Assembly: GCA_036389195.1 (NCBI GenBank)
Contig: DASVQH010000432.1
Span: 7,910-71,909, forward strand
Direction: 5' to 3'
DNA: 64,000 nucleotides
DNA from: Solirubrobacteraceae bacterium
GTDB lineage: Bacteria > Actinomycetota > Thermoleophilia > Solirubrobacterales > Solirubrobacteraceae
Every line of letters begins with the position of its first letter. The stretch's first letter is position 1. The notes beneath the pieces were generated by a model. It saw only the letters and a program-made list of their open reading frames with translations. It searched no databases and was not told the DNA's origin. Of the stretch, positions 1-8,917 are shown piece after piece. Both the position numbers and the translations under genes were made by a program.

Positions 1-2340
1 GGTCGTCCCGACATCGTCGCGGCTGTCGGGGAGCGTGCGGTGTCGATCGCGACCGACAAAGACCACCTGACGACCTCAGTGGCCTACCGGCTTGATCTGC
101 GCGGCCCTGCGGTGACGGTCCAATCGACGTGCTCGACGTCCCTGGTGGCCGTGCACATGGCGTGTCAGAGCCTGATCCTCGGTGAGTGTGACCTCGCGGT
201 CGCCGGCGGCGTCTCGCTGCGGGTTCCGCAGGAGGTCGGCTACACGGCTCAGGACGGCGTGACGTCCGCAGACGGCGTCTGCCGGCCGTTCGACGCCGCC
301 GCGGGTGGATCGATACCCAGCGGCGGAGTCGGGGTGGTGGTGCTCCGTCCGCTTGCCGCCGCTCTGGCTGACGGGGATCCGGTCCGCGCTGTCCTCATCG
401 GGACGGCCATCAACAACAGCGGCGCGGGGCGGGTCGGCTACACGGCCCCGAGCGTCGACGGGCAGACCACGGTGATCGGCGAGGCGCTCGACGTCGCGGA
501 CGTCGACGTGGAGTCGATCGCGTATGTCGAAGGTCACGGGACGGCGACGCCGCTTGGTGATCCGATCGAGGTGGCCGCTCTCACGCAGGCCTTCGGGAGA
601 CGAACGCGGCGCACCAGGTTCTGCGCGCTCGGGTCGGTCAAGGCGAACATCGGCCACGCCGACTGCGCCGCCGGCATCGCCGGGCTGATCAAGGCCGTGC
701 TCGTCGTCGAGCGCGGGGTGATACCGCCCCATCCGACTTTCACCGAGCCGAACCCGGCGATCGACCTCGAGGGCAGTCCGTTCTACGTCAACACCGAGCC
801 TTGCAAGTGGCCCACGACCGCCGCGCCGCGCCGCGCCGGCGTCAGCTCCTTCGGCATCGGCGGGACCAACTCCCATGTCATCCTCGAAGAGGCTCCCGAG
901 GCGGCGCCTGCGGCGGAAGCGGCCGAGTGGCAGATCCTGCCCGTGTCGGCTCGCACGGAGGCCGCCCGTGAGCGCATGCTCACGGATCTGCGGGCCCTTC
1001 TCGACCGCCCGGGGGTCGACCTTGCCGACGCGTCGTACACGCTGCGCGTCGGCCGCCGGACGTTCGCCTCGCGCGCCGTCTTGCTCGCCCGCGCGGGCGG
1101 CAGCGGCGCCGCCCTGAGGGGCGCTCGTGATCGCGAGGAGATCTGCGGCACCACCGCAGACGTTCAACCCCCGGTGGCTTTCCTCCTCGCCGGCGCGGGC
1201 GTTCAGCGGGAAGGTCATTCGCGGGAGCTGTATCGCTGGGAGCCGCGATACCGCGAGGTTGTGGACGAGTGCTGCGAGCTGCTCTCCGAGCGGACCGGCG
1301 CGGGTCTCCGGGACATCCTCGTACGGGACACCGGATCAGAGCCCGGGCCGGCGATCCTCGATCCGCGGCTGGCGGTGCCCGCCGCCTTCATCACCGAGTT
1401 GGCGACAGCGAGCCTGTGGACCTCGTGGGGAGTCGCCCCCGAGGCGCTGCTCGGCTACAGCACCGGCGAATACGTCGCCGCCTGCCTCGCCGGCGTCCTC
1501 ACGCCCAGCACGGCGCTGGAGCTGCTGGCGGCGCGCGGCGAGCTGCTGACCGCCCTCCCGCCCGGCGGGATGCTCTCCGTTGCACTGTCGCAGTCGGAGG
1601 CGGCGGCATGGACGACGTCCAGCACGGTGGTGGCCGCCATCAACGCGCCGTCCTCCGTCGTGCTATCCGGACCGTCGTCAGAGATCGAGCACATCAACGC
1701 GAAGCTGGACGAGGCGGGGATCCCAGCCCGACCCGTGCATGTGCCACATGCCTACCACTCGCCGGCGGTCGATCCGGTCCTGCCGGAGTTTCGGGCGCTG
1801 GTCGCTACGGCGGCGTTCTCCAGCCCCCGGATGCCGTACGTGTCCAGCGTCACCGGGACCTGGGCGACGGCCGACCTCGTCACGGACCCGGAATACTGGG
1901 TCCGGCACATGCGGGAGCCGGTGCGCTTCGCGGACGGCTTGAGCTGCCTGCTCCAGGATGCTGAGCGGATCGTGCTGCAGCCCGGTTTCGGGCAGGACCT
2001 GGCGACCCTTGCGAGGATGAGTCCCGCGTCCGTCACGGGGGGCCCGATCATCTCGGCCAAGCCATCGCCGGCGGATGGCCCTCCGGGCCTGCGGGCGCTC
2101 TTCGGAGCGGCCGCTCACCTGTGGGTGCGCGGCGCGAGACTCGACTGGGCAGCTTTCGGCGGCCAGTCGGCGCGCCGTCGCGTCGCGGTCCCGACGCACC
2201 CGTTCGAGCGCACACGTCACTGGCTCGGTGATCCGCCGGAGGCGCGTGGCGAGTCGACCGGGCCGTCGCTGTTCGAGTCGCTCAACGCTCAACTCGACGA
2301 GATGGGCCGGCAGCTGACCACCATCTCAGGGAGGTTCTGA
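1..2340 (+). CDS. Modular type I PKS fragment: ketosynthase (5' end cut by window edge) + acyltransferase, no carrier domain
   Basis: The frame is open from nt 1; the listed ORF only begins at an internal GTG at 40. KS signatures: '[16 protein letters not shown]' (active-site Cys), '[14 protein letters not shown]', '[12 protein letters not shown]'. AT signatures: '[14 protein letters not shown]' (GHSxG position) and 'VPHAYHSP' (HAFH/YASH position). Post-AT linker '[10 protein letters not shown]'. Stop at 2338-2340 with no GxDS phosphopantetheine motif before it. Confidence 0.88.
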   Translation, partial: GRPDIVAAVGERAVSIATDKDHLTTSVAYRLDLRGPAVTVQSTCSTSLVAVHMACQSLILGECDLAVAGGVSLRVPQEVGYTAQDGVTSADGVCRPFDAAAGGSIPSGGVGVVVLRPLAAALADGDPVRAVLIGTAINNSGAGRVGYTAPSVDGQTTVIGEALDVADVDVESIAYVEGHGTATPLGDPIEVAALTQAFGRRTRRTRFCALGSVKANIGHADCAAGIAGLIKAVLVVERGVIPPHPTFTEPNPAIDLEGSPFYVNTEPCKWPTTAAPRRAGVSSFGIGGTNSHVILEEAPEAAPAAEAAEWQILPVSARTEAARERMLTDLRALLDRPGVDLADASYTLRVGRRTFASRAVLLARAGGSGAALRGARDREEICGTTADVQPPVAFLLAGAGVQREGHSRELYRWEPRYREVVDECCELLSERTGAGLRDILVRDTGSEPGPAILDPRLAVPAAFITELATASLWTSWGVAPEALLGYSTGEYVAACLAGVLTPSTALELLAARGELLTALPPGGMLSVALSQSEAAAWTTSSTVVAAINAPSSVVLSGPSSEIEHINAKLDEAGIPARPVHVPHAYHSPAVDPVLPEFRALVATAAFSSPRMPYVSSVTGTWATADLVTDPEYWVRHMREPVRFADGLSCLLQDAERIVLQPGFGQDLATLARMSPASVTGGPIISAKPSPADGPPGLRALFGAAAHLWVRGARLDWAAFGGQSARRRVAVPTHPFERTRHWLGDPPEARGESTGPSLFESLNAQLDEMGRQLTTISGRF

Positions 2341-2342
2341 CC

Positions 2343-5300
2343 GTGTCGCAGACGACCGCCCGGCCGGCCGTGGCGCCTTCGACTGCCGCCGTGGCCGGGG
2401 CGCCGTGCGACGAAGACGCCCGGCCAACCCCGCAGCAGCGAGAGATCTGGTTGGCATCGAGGATGAGCGAAGCGGCCTCCCGCGCCTACAACTGGACCAT
2501 CGTCCTGGAGGTGCATGGCGAGCTGGACGTCTCACACCTCAAGGCGGCGGTCGAGTCGGTGAGCGTCCGACATGAGGCGATGCGCGCTGGATTCCCGTCT
2601 CCGGACCGGCTCGTCATCCACGCCTCGTCGGTTGTCGACCTGCCCGTCGTGGACGTCACCCACTACGGCGCTTCGGACCGTGAGGCGGCCGCAGCGCGGT
2701 GGCTCGCCTCGCTCACGTCGACCGCGATGGATCTCGGCGAACCGCCGCTCATCCGCTTTCAGGCGCTTCGCCTGGCGCCGGACCATCACCGCGTGGTGGC
2801 GCTCTGTCATCACACCGCGATCGACGCCTGGGGAGGGCGGGTCCTCGTCGACGAGCTCGCCGCGGAGTACCGCAGCATCGTGGCCGGCGGCACTGCGCCG
2901 CAGCTTCCGCCCGCACCCACCTGGGAGGACCATCGGCGCCGCCAGGCCGCACTCGAGCACTCGCCCCGGACCTCGGCGGCACAGCGCTACTGGGAAGGCA
3001 AGCTGCGCGACGCGCCGCGATTCACGTTCCCGCTCGCGACCGCGGAGTCTCGCGCCGGTTATCTCGGTGACCGGCTACGACACGAGCTCTCGCTCGATCT
3101 GCCTCCGAAGGTGAAGCGCTTCGCGGCCGCACGGTCCGCGACGCCGTTCATCGTCTTCCTCGCCGCCTTCGTCGAACTCGGCCGCCGGCTCACCGGCAGC
3201 CAGGACATCCTCCTCGCCACCCCAGTCGCCAATCGCGTGCTCCCCGAGGACGCGGGGCTGGTCATCCACTGCGCCAACCTGCTGCCGCTCCGCTTCGAGC
3301 TGCACGGGGCGCGGACGTTCGACGACCTCGTGGCGCTCGTACGCGAGGAGGTTCTCGCCGCCCAGGAGTACGCCGCATACCCGTTCGACCGGTCGCGCTC
3401 TGCGTTCGGCCAGAAGCGCGACGCGAGCTACGCAGCGCCGATCCCCACGCTGTTCGACGTCGAGCGTGTGCGGTCCGCTATCGACTTCGGCCCCGGGCTC
3501 GAGGTGTCCTCCGCCATCCCGCCAACGCCGCGGAACGCGCACTTCGAGCTGATGGCCAGCATGATCGAGGATGGCCCGGCGCACTCGCTCGACGTGATCT
3601 TCCGGCCCGATCTGCATCCGCCGGAGGACGTGAAGCGCTGGGTGGGCGAGTTCGAGCGCATCCTCGAGGCCGGCATCTCGGAGCCGCATAGGTCCATCGG
3701 TGCGCTGCCCGGCGACGAGCCGGGTGCTCCGCGCACGACGGCCAGCGCGCCGACGGATCCGGTCGCCGATGCCCGCGGCACGGGCCGTCGGCTCGAAGCG
3801 CTGTTCGAGCGGTACGCCGAGGCGAGACCCAGTGCGCCCGCCGTTCGCTTCGGCGACGAGGTGGTCACCTACGGGGAGCTCGACCGCCGCGCCGGGGCGC
3901 TCGCAGGACGGTTGCTCGCGAGCGGAGTGCGACGCGAGGACGTCGTCGCCCTCATGCTCGAACGATCGGTCGACCTGATCGTCGCCATGCTCGGGGTGCT
4001 GAAGGCCGGAGGCGCCTACCTCCCCTTGGATCCTCACTACCCCGAGGACACGCTCCGCTTCACCCTCGCCGACAGCGGCGCGGAGCTCGTGCTGACCCAC
4101 GGCGCGACCGACGGTGCGACGTGGCTCGGCGAGTACCGCAGGCTGAATGTCACCGACCGTGCGCCTCACTCGGCGCCCGCCGTGGCGCAGGGAGGCTCGC
4201 TTGATGCGTCCGATCTCGCCTACGTCATCTACACGTCCGGCTCGACCGGGCGCCCGAAGGGCTCGCTGATCGAACACCGCAACGTCACGGAGCTCCTCGC
4301 CGGGACGAGCCAGGTGTTCGACCTCGGCCCCGACGACGTCTGGCTGTCGGCGCATTCGGCGGCCTTCGACTTCATGGTCTGGGAGGTCTGGGGCGCGCTC
4401 ACCAGCGGCGCGTGCGTGATCGTCGCCCCCTCGAGCGCCATGCGCGACCCAGTGGCGCTGGCCCGCCTGGTGCTCGACTCGGGGGTCACGGTCCTCAGCC
4501 AGACGCCGCTGGCCTTCCGTCAGTTCTCAGAAGCCGACGACCGGCTGACCGCCGGTGAGTCGAGCGCGCTTCGTCACGTCGTGCTGGGCGGTGACCGGCT
4601 CGACCCGGAGATCGTCCGGCGCTGGCGCCGCGCACGTTCGCGTGATGCGCCCCGGGTGACGAACATGTACGGGATCACGGAGACCACGGTGTTCGTGACG
4701 CACGAGAACGTCGATCCTCTCGCTCCCGCCGACGGCCGTACCGTCATCGGACGCCCCTTGCCGGGAATGACCGTGGCCGTGCTCGATCCCGAGCTGCGTC
4801 CGGTGGCCCCAGGACAGGTCGGGGAGATCGCGGTCGGGGGCCCGTGCGTCTCGCGTGGCTATCTCAATCGCTCCGATCTGACGGCCGCGCGGTTCGTTCC
4901 CGACCCAGAGTCGCCGGGTGCGCGCAGGTACCTGTCCGGCGACCTGGCGCGCCAGCTCGACGACGGGCGCCTCGAGTACCTTGGCCGAGCGGACGACCAG
5001 CTGAAGGTCCGCGGGTTCCGCATCGAACCGTCCGAGATCGAGCACTGCTTGCGAACGCACCCGGCGATCCGGGATGCGGCCGTCGTGGTGTTCGACGGGC
5101 GCCTCGTCGCCCATGTGGTCGCCGGCAGCGCAGCGGCCGCTCCCGACGCGCTCCGTGAGCACGTCGCGTCTCGCCTGCCGCGGCACCTCGTTCCCTCCCG
5201 GTTCGAAGTCGTGGCGGCTCTTCCGATGACGTCGAACGGCAAGGTCGACCGCCGAGCGCTCTCGGGGGCGCCCGTCGTCGCGGCCGAGCAAGCGGCGGGC

Positions 5301-5561
5301 GAGGCGACGCCGGCGTTGGAGCCCGAGGTGGTGGCGGCGTTCGCCGAGGTGCTCGACATCGCGGACGTCGATCCCCATGCCGACTTCTTCGAGCTGGGCG
5401 GCGACTCGCTTCTGGCGACTCGGCTGATCGGGCGGGTGTCGGAGCGGTTGGGCGTCGAGGTGCCGCTTCCGACGCTGTTCGAGGCACCGACGCCCGCCGG
5501 CCTGGCGTTGTCGGTGGCGGTGTTGCAGGCCTCCGCGGCGGGCGCCCGCTGGCCGGGCTAA
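2343..5561 (+). CDS. Non-ribosomal peptide synthetase module, C-A-T
   Basis: Condensation motif 'HHTAIDAWGG'. Adenylation cores: 'LAYVIYTSGSTGRPKG', 'FDFMVWEVW', 'NMYGITETT', 'YLSGDLAR', 'GRADDQLKVRGFRIEPSEIE', 'SNGKVDR'. Thiolation motif 'FFELGGDSLLATRL'. GTG start lies 2 nt after the PKS stop. Confidence 0.93.
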   Translation: MSQTTARPAVAPSTAAVAGAPCDEDARPTPQQREIWLASRMSEAASRAYNWTIVLEVHGELDVSHLKAAVESVSVRHEAMRAGFPSPDRLVIHASSVVDLPVVDVTHYGASDREAAAARWLASLTSTAMDLGEPPLIRFQALRLAPDHHRVVALCHHTAIDAWGGRVLVDELAAEYRSIVAGGTAPQLPPAPTWEDHRRRQAALEHSPRTSAAQRYWEGKLRDAPRFTFPLATAESRAGYLGDRLRHELSLDLPPKVKRFAAARSATPFIVFLAAFVELGRRLTGSQDILLATPVANRVLPEDAGLVIHCANLLPLRFELHGARTFDDLVALVREEVLAAQEYAAYPFDRSRSAFGQKRDASYAAPIPTLFDVERVRSAIDFGPGLEVSSAIPPTPRNAHFELMASMIEDGPAHSLDVIFRPDLHPPEDVKRWVGEFERILEAGISEPHRSIGALPGDEPGAPRTTASAPTDPVADARGTGRRLEALFERYAEARPSAPAVRFGDEVVTYGELDRRAGALAGRLLASGVRREDVVALMLERSVDLIVAMLGVLKAGGAYLPLDPHYPEDTLRFTLADSGAELVLTHGATDGATWLGEYRRLNVTDRAPHSAPAVAQGGSLDASDLAYVIYTSGSTGRPKGSLIEHRNVTELLAGTSQVFDLGPDDVWLSAHSAAFDFMVWEVWGALTSGACVIVAPSSAMRDPVALARLVLDSGVTVLSQTPLAFRQFSEADDRLTAGESSALRHVVLGGDRLDPEIVRRWRRARSRDAPRVTNMYGITETTVFVTHENVDPLAPADGRTVIGRPLPGMTVAVLDPELRPVAPGQVGEIAVGGPCVSRGYLNRSDLTAARFVPDPESPGARRYLSGDLARQLDDGRLEYLGRADDQLKVRGFRIEPSEIEHCLRTHPAIRDAAVVVFDGRLVAHVVAGSAAAAPDALREHVASRLPRHLVPSRFEVVAALPMTSNGKVDRRALSGAPVVAAEQAAGEATPALEPEVVAAFAEVLDIADVDPHADFFELGGDSLLATRLIGRVSERLGVEVPLPTLFEAPTPAGLALSVAVLQASAAGARWPG

Positions 5562-7495
5562 GGGGCGAGGGGTGGTGCCGGACCGTCCGCCGCGAGGCCG
5601 AGCAGACGGCCGTAGTGGGCGAGCTCGGCTTCCAGCGCGCGCCGGCGGGCTGACTCGCGCCCGAACCCGTGGCCTTCGCCGCAGAACTCGACGACCTCGG
5701 CGAAGACGCCACGTCGCCTGAGGTCCTCGGCGATGGCGGCGGACTGCTCCAACGGGACCACGTGATCTTCGGTCCCGTGCAAGAAGAGGACCGGGACTTC
5801 GATCGCTTCGGCGTTCCGAAGGGGGGACCGCTCGTCATAGACCGCTTCGGCCTCGGGCAGCGGGCCGATCAGCCATGTCAAGAAGAAGGACTCGAACTTG
5901 TGAGTCGTGGCAGCGAGTCGCCTCAGGTCCGAGATGCCGTAGTACGCGGCACCGCCGGCGAACACGTTCGTCCTGACGAGCGAACACAGCGCCGTGAAGC
6001 CGCCTGCGCTGGCGCCGCGGATGACTGTCCGGCTCGGGTCCACGAGCCCCCGCGACGCGAGGTCGCGGGCCGCGGCCACGCAGTCGTCGACGTCGGCCAC
6101 TCCCCAGAGCTCCTTCAGCCGCTCGCGGTGGGCGCGACCGTGACCGGTGCTGCCGGCGTAGTTGACTTCGGCCACGGCGAAGCCGCGGCTGGTCCAGAAC
6201 TGAATGTCCGACCTGAGCTCCGGGAGCACCTGACCCACCGGCCCGCCGTGAGCGACTACGAGCAACGGCGGCAGCTCGCCGGCGATCGGCTCGAAGCTCT
6301 CGTTGAACGGCATCGAGAGGATGACCGGCACCTTCGTGCCATCCGCGCCGTCGATCTCCAGTTGCTGCCCCGTCGAGACGGTCGCCGCCTCGACCGACGT
6401 CCGCGGCGGCCGGATCGCCGTGAGCGCGCGGGTGTCGAGATCCATCGTGAAGACGGCCTGGGTGGCGTACGGGCTCGACGCGGCGAATCGGACGCTGCGC
6501 CCACTGCCGCGAACACCGAGGTAGGAGGTGTGTGGCAGCCCGAGATCCTCGACGCCGGCGGAGCCCGGGCGGATGTAGCCGAGGCGCTCACGTCCGCCGG
6601 TGGTGTACATGCAGACGACGGCGCCGTCGTCGCACACCGTGTACGCGTGCAGCCCCAAGAGCCATTGCGCCCACCCGAATTCCGCCGGCGCAGGCGCGAG
6701 TGGTTCTAGCCTGCCGTCTTCCTCACGGTAGAGATTCCACCAGCCGCTGCGGTCGGAGACCAGGTGAAGCGCACACGACGGGCCGCCCCACTCGGGTTGG
6801 AACACCGACTCGCCGACGCCGCCTGCGACCCGGGTCGGGGTATGGACCCGCAGGTCGTCGGTCAGCTCCGCCCGCCAGAGCTCACTGGCATCCCACGGCA
6901 TCGCCGGATGGTTCCACGAGATCCATGCCAGCCCGCGCCCGTCTGGCCGGGGTCGAGGTGAGGCGTAGAAGTCCGCGCCGGAGACGAGCACCGTCGCGCC
7001 CGATCCATCGCAAGCGACGGCCACGATCTCGTGCCGCGGCTCCTCGGTGCGCCGGTCCTCGCGGACCGCGAGGAGGTGCCGCTCGCCGGCGACGAGCTGT
7101 AGGTCGGCGTACCGCCAGCGCCCAGGCTTCTCCCCGAAACCGGTGATCGCGACGGCCGCCGCGCCGTCCCACGGGCGCCGGTGGATCTGCCCGTCATCGC
7201 CGTCGACATAGAAGAGCGCCGCGTCGCCGACGGCGTACGCGCCGCCGCCGTACTCGTACACGCGCGTGCCGACGTCCACCTCCGGAGGCGTGACCGGGAA
7301 CGTCCCCGTCCCCGGTGAGTGCATCGTGATGCGCGTGCCCTCCGGGCCGTGCTCCAGCCACAGCGTGTCGTCGCCGTGGGCTGCGATCTCCGTCACCGGG
7401 ATGATCGCTGTGGCGGCCATCTCGACGCTGACCGGAGAGGGCCAGGTACCACACGGAAGCGGTCGCCGGGCCCCCGGCCCGGGCTGGCGGTTCAC
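5558..7495 (-). CDS. S9 family serine peptidase (prolyl oligopeptidase / acylaminoacyl-peptidase-like)
   Basis: C-terminal alpha/beta-hydrolase part carries 'IRGASAGGF' (GxSxGG nucleophile elbow), 'FLHGTEDHVVP' (Asp) and 'CGEGHGF' (His). The N-terminal ~400 aa are beta-rich (propeller-like). The GTG start overlaps the stop of the upstream aminotransferase (GTGA at 7492-7495). Confidence 0.85.
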   Translation of the reverse strand: MNRQPGPGARRPLPCGTWPSPVSVEMAATAIIPVTEIAAHGDDTLWLEHGPEGTRITMHSPGTGTFPVTPPEVDVGTRVYEYGGGAYAVGDAALFYVDGDDGQIHRRPWDGAAAVAITGFGEKPGRWRYADLQLVAGERHLLAVREDRRTEEPRHEIVAVACDGSGATVLVSGADFYASPRPRPDGRGLAWISWNHPAMPWDASELWRAELTDDLRVHTPTRVAGGVGESVFQPEWGGPSCALHLVSDRSGWWNLYREEDGRLEPLAPAPAEFGWAQWLLGLHAYTVCDDGAVVCMYTTGGRERLGYIRPGSAGVEDLGLPHTSYLGVRGSGRSVRFAASSPYATQAVFTMDLDTRALTAIRPPRTSVEAATVSTGQQLEIDGADGTKVPVILSMPFNESFEPIAGELPPLLVVAHGGPVGQVLPELRSDIQFWTSRGFAVAEVNYAGSTGHGRAHRERLKELWGVADVDDCVAAARDLASRGLVDPSRTVIRGASAGGFTALCSLVRTNVFAGGAAYYGISDLRRLAATTHKFESFFLTWLIGPLPEAEAVYDERSPLRNAEAIEVPVLFLHGTEDHVVPLEQSAAIAEDLRRRGVFAEVVEFCGEGHGFGRESARRRALEAELAHYGRLLGLAADGPAPPLAP

Positions 7496-8832
7496 CGAGC
7501 GATCGCGCGCGGCGTCTCGGCGACGGCGCCGTCGACTTCAGTCAGCGCGACATCGATGGACGAGAAAACCTCGAGCAGCTCGTCATCGCTCATCACCAAC
7601 GGCGGCATGAGCATGACGCCGCCCACTTGCCCGCCGTCTGAGAGCAGGACCCCATGGCTCTCGCAGATCGCGCGGATGCGCCGGCCGACCGATGGGTGGG
7701 CAGGCGTTCCGTCGCGCGCCGCCAGGTCGCAGCACCACATCATCCCGACGCCCCGGACCTGCGAGACGGTGTCGTGGCGGCCCCGGAGCGCCGCGAACTG
7801 AGCGGCGATCAGCTCGGCGCGCGAAGCGATGGTCTCGAGGAGGCCGTCTGCGTCGAGCACCTCGAGGACCGCCAGCGCTGCCGCCATCGCGACGGGATGT
7901 CCGTCGGTGGTCGACCCCGCCGACGCGAACGGCGCGGTCGCGGGATGGTCGAAGAGCTCGTCGTAGATGTCCTCCGAGACGGCGACGGCCGCAGCCGGCG
8001 CATATCCCGAGGTGATGCCCTTGCCGAGGGTGATCATGTCCGGGGTGACACCGGCGAGGCCGGCGTGGGTCAGTCCGCCCGTACGGCCGAAGCCCGTCGT
8101 GACCTCGTCGAAGATCAGATGGACGTCCAGGGACCGGCACCGGGCAGCCAGCTCGGCGAGGAACGCCGGCGGCAGCTCGATGACACCGGTGCCCATGACC
8201 GGCTCGACGATGACGGCGGTGACGCGCTCCGGCCCGAGGCGGTCCAGCGCCCGCTCCAGCGGGGCGGTCGAAGGCGCGCTGCCCATCGCGTCGGCGACGG
8301 GGACGTGGTGCACATCGGGCATGACCGGGCCGCAGGAGCTGTGGAGATACGGCTCGCCTGTCAGCGCGGACGAACCCGAGCCGGTGCCGTGGTATCCGTC
8401 CCATAGCGCGATGACGGCGGTGCGTTCGGGTTTCCCGTCCAGACCGCGTGCGTACCGGGACAGCAGCACCGCGGTCTCGTTGGCCTGGGACCCGGTGTTG
8501 GCGAAGCGGATCCGGCGGACGTCTTCCGGGAGTCGCGCGGCCAGGGCGTTGGCGTACTCGATCGTGATGTCGCAAGGATGGTGGAAGCGCGTAGCCGTGG
8601 CGAAGGGCAGCCGCTCGAGCTGGTGGGTCATCCGCTCGATGATGCGACGCTCGCTGTAGCCGAGGTTGACGTTCCAGAGACCCGATCGAGCGTCGATGTA
8701 CCACCTCCCGGAGGCGTCGCGGACGCGGACACCCTCGCCCTCGACGAGGAAGTCGCCCGGCGACACCGCCGTTAGGTACTCACGCATCGGGGTGAGTCCG
8801 TGCCATGCCGCGTAGCTTGTCCGATCGATCAT
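7492..8832 (-). CDS. Class III (omega-type) PLP-dependent aminotransferase
   Basis: Typical family blocks: 'GLWNVNLGYSERRIIERM', 'NTGSQANETAV', 'WDGYHGTG', 'IFDEVTTGFGRTGG', 'DMITLGKGITSGYAP' (PLP Lys). I chose the internal ATG at 8832 ('MIDRTSYAAWHG') because a GGAGG lies just upstream on the minus strand. The track ORF extends to 8886. Confidence 0.88.
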   Translation of the reverse strand: MIDRTSYAAWHGLTPMREYLTAVSPGDFLVEGEGVRVRDASGRWYIDARSGLWNVNLGYSERRIIERMTHQLERLPFATATRFHHPCDITIEYANALAARLPEDVRRIRFANTGSQANETAVLLSRYARGLDGKPERTAVIALWDGYHGTGSGSSALTGEPYLHSSCGPVMPDVHHVPVADAMGSAPSTAPLERALDRLGPERVTAVIVEPVMGTGVIELPPAFLAELAARCRSLDVHLIFDEVTTGFGRTGGLTHAGLAGVTPDMITLGKGITSGYAPAAAVAVSEDIYDELFDHPATAPFASAGSTTDGHPVAMAAALAVLEVLDADGLLETIASRAELIAAQFAALRGRHDTVSQVRGVGMMWCCDLAARDGTPAHPSVGRRIRAICESHGVLLSDGGQVGGVMLMPPLVMSDDELLEVFSSIDVALTEVDGAVAETPRAIAR

Positions 8833-8879
8833 CTGCCCCTCCGTCGCAGGATTCGAGTGACAGCATACGGCCCGACGAA

Positions 8880-8892
8880 GTTGCAAAGCAAC
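8880..8892. promoter_or_regulatory. 13-bp perfect palindrome GTTGCAAAGCAAC in the 85-nt divergent intergenic region
   Basis: Read directly from the sequence. It sits in the only AT-rich patch between the aminotransferase start (8832) and the NRPS start (8918). This is an operator-like position only; no regulator is identified. Confidence 0.3.
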
Positions 8893-8917
8893 ACCTCGTC
8901 ACCTACGATTCTCCCGG

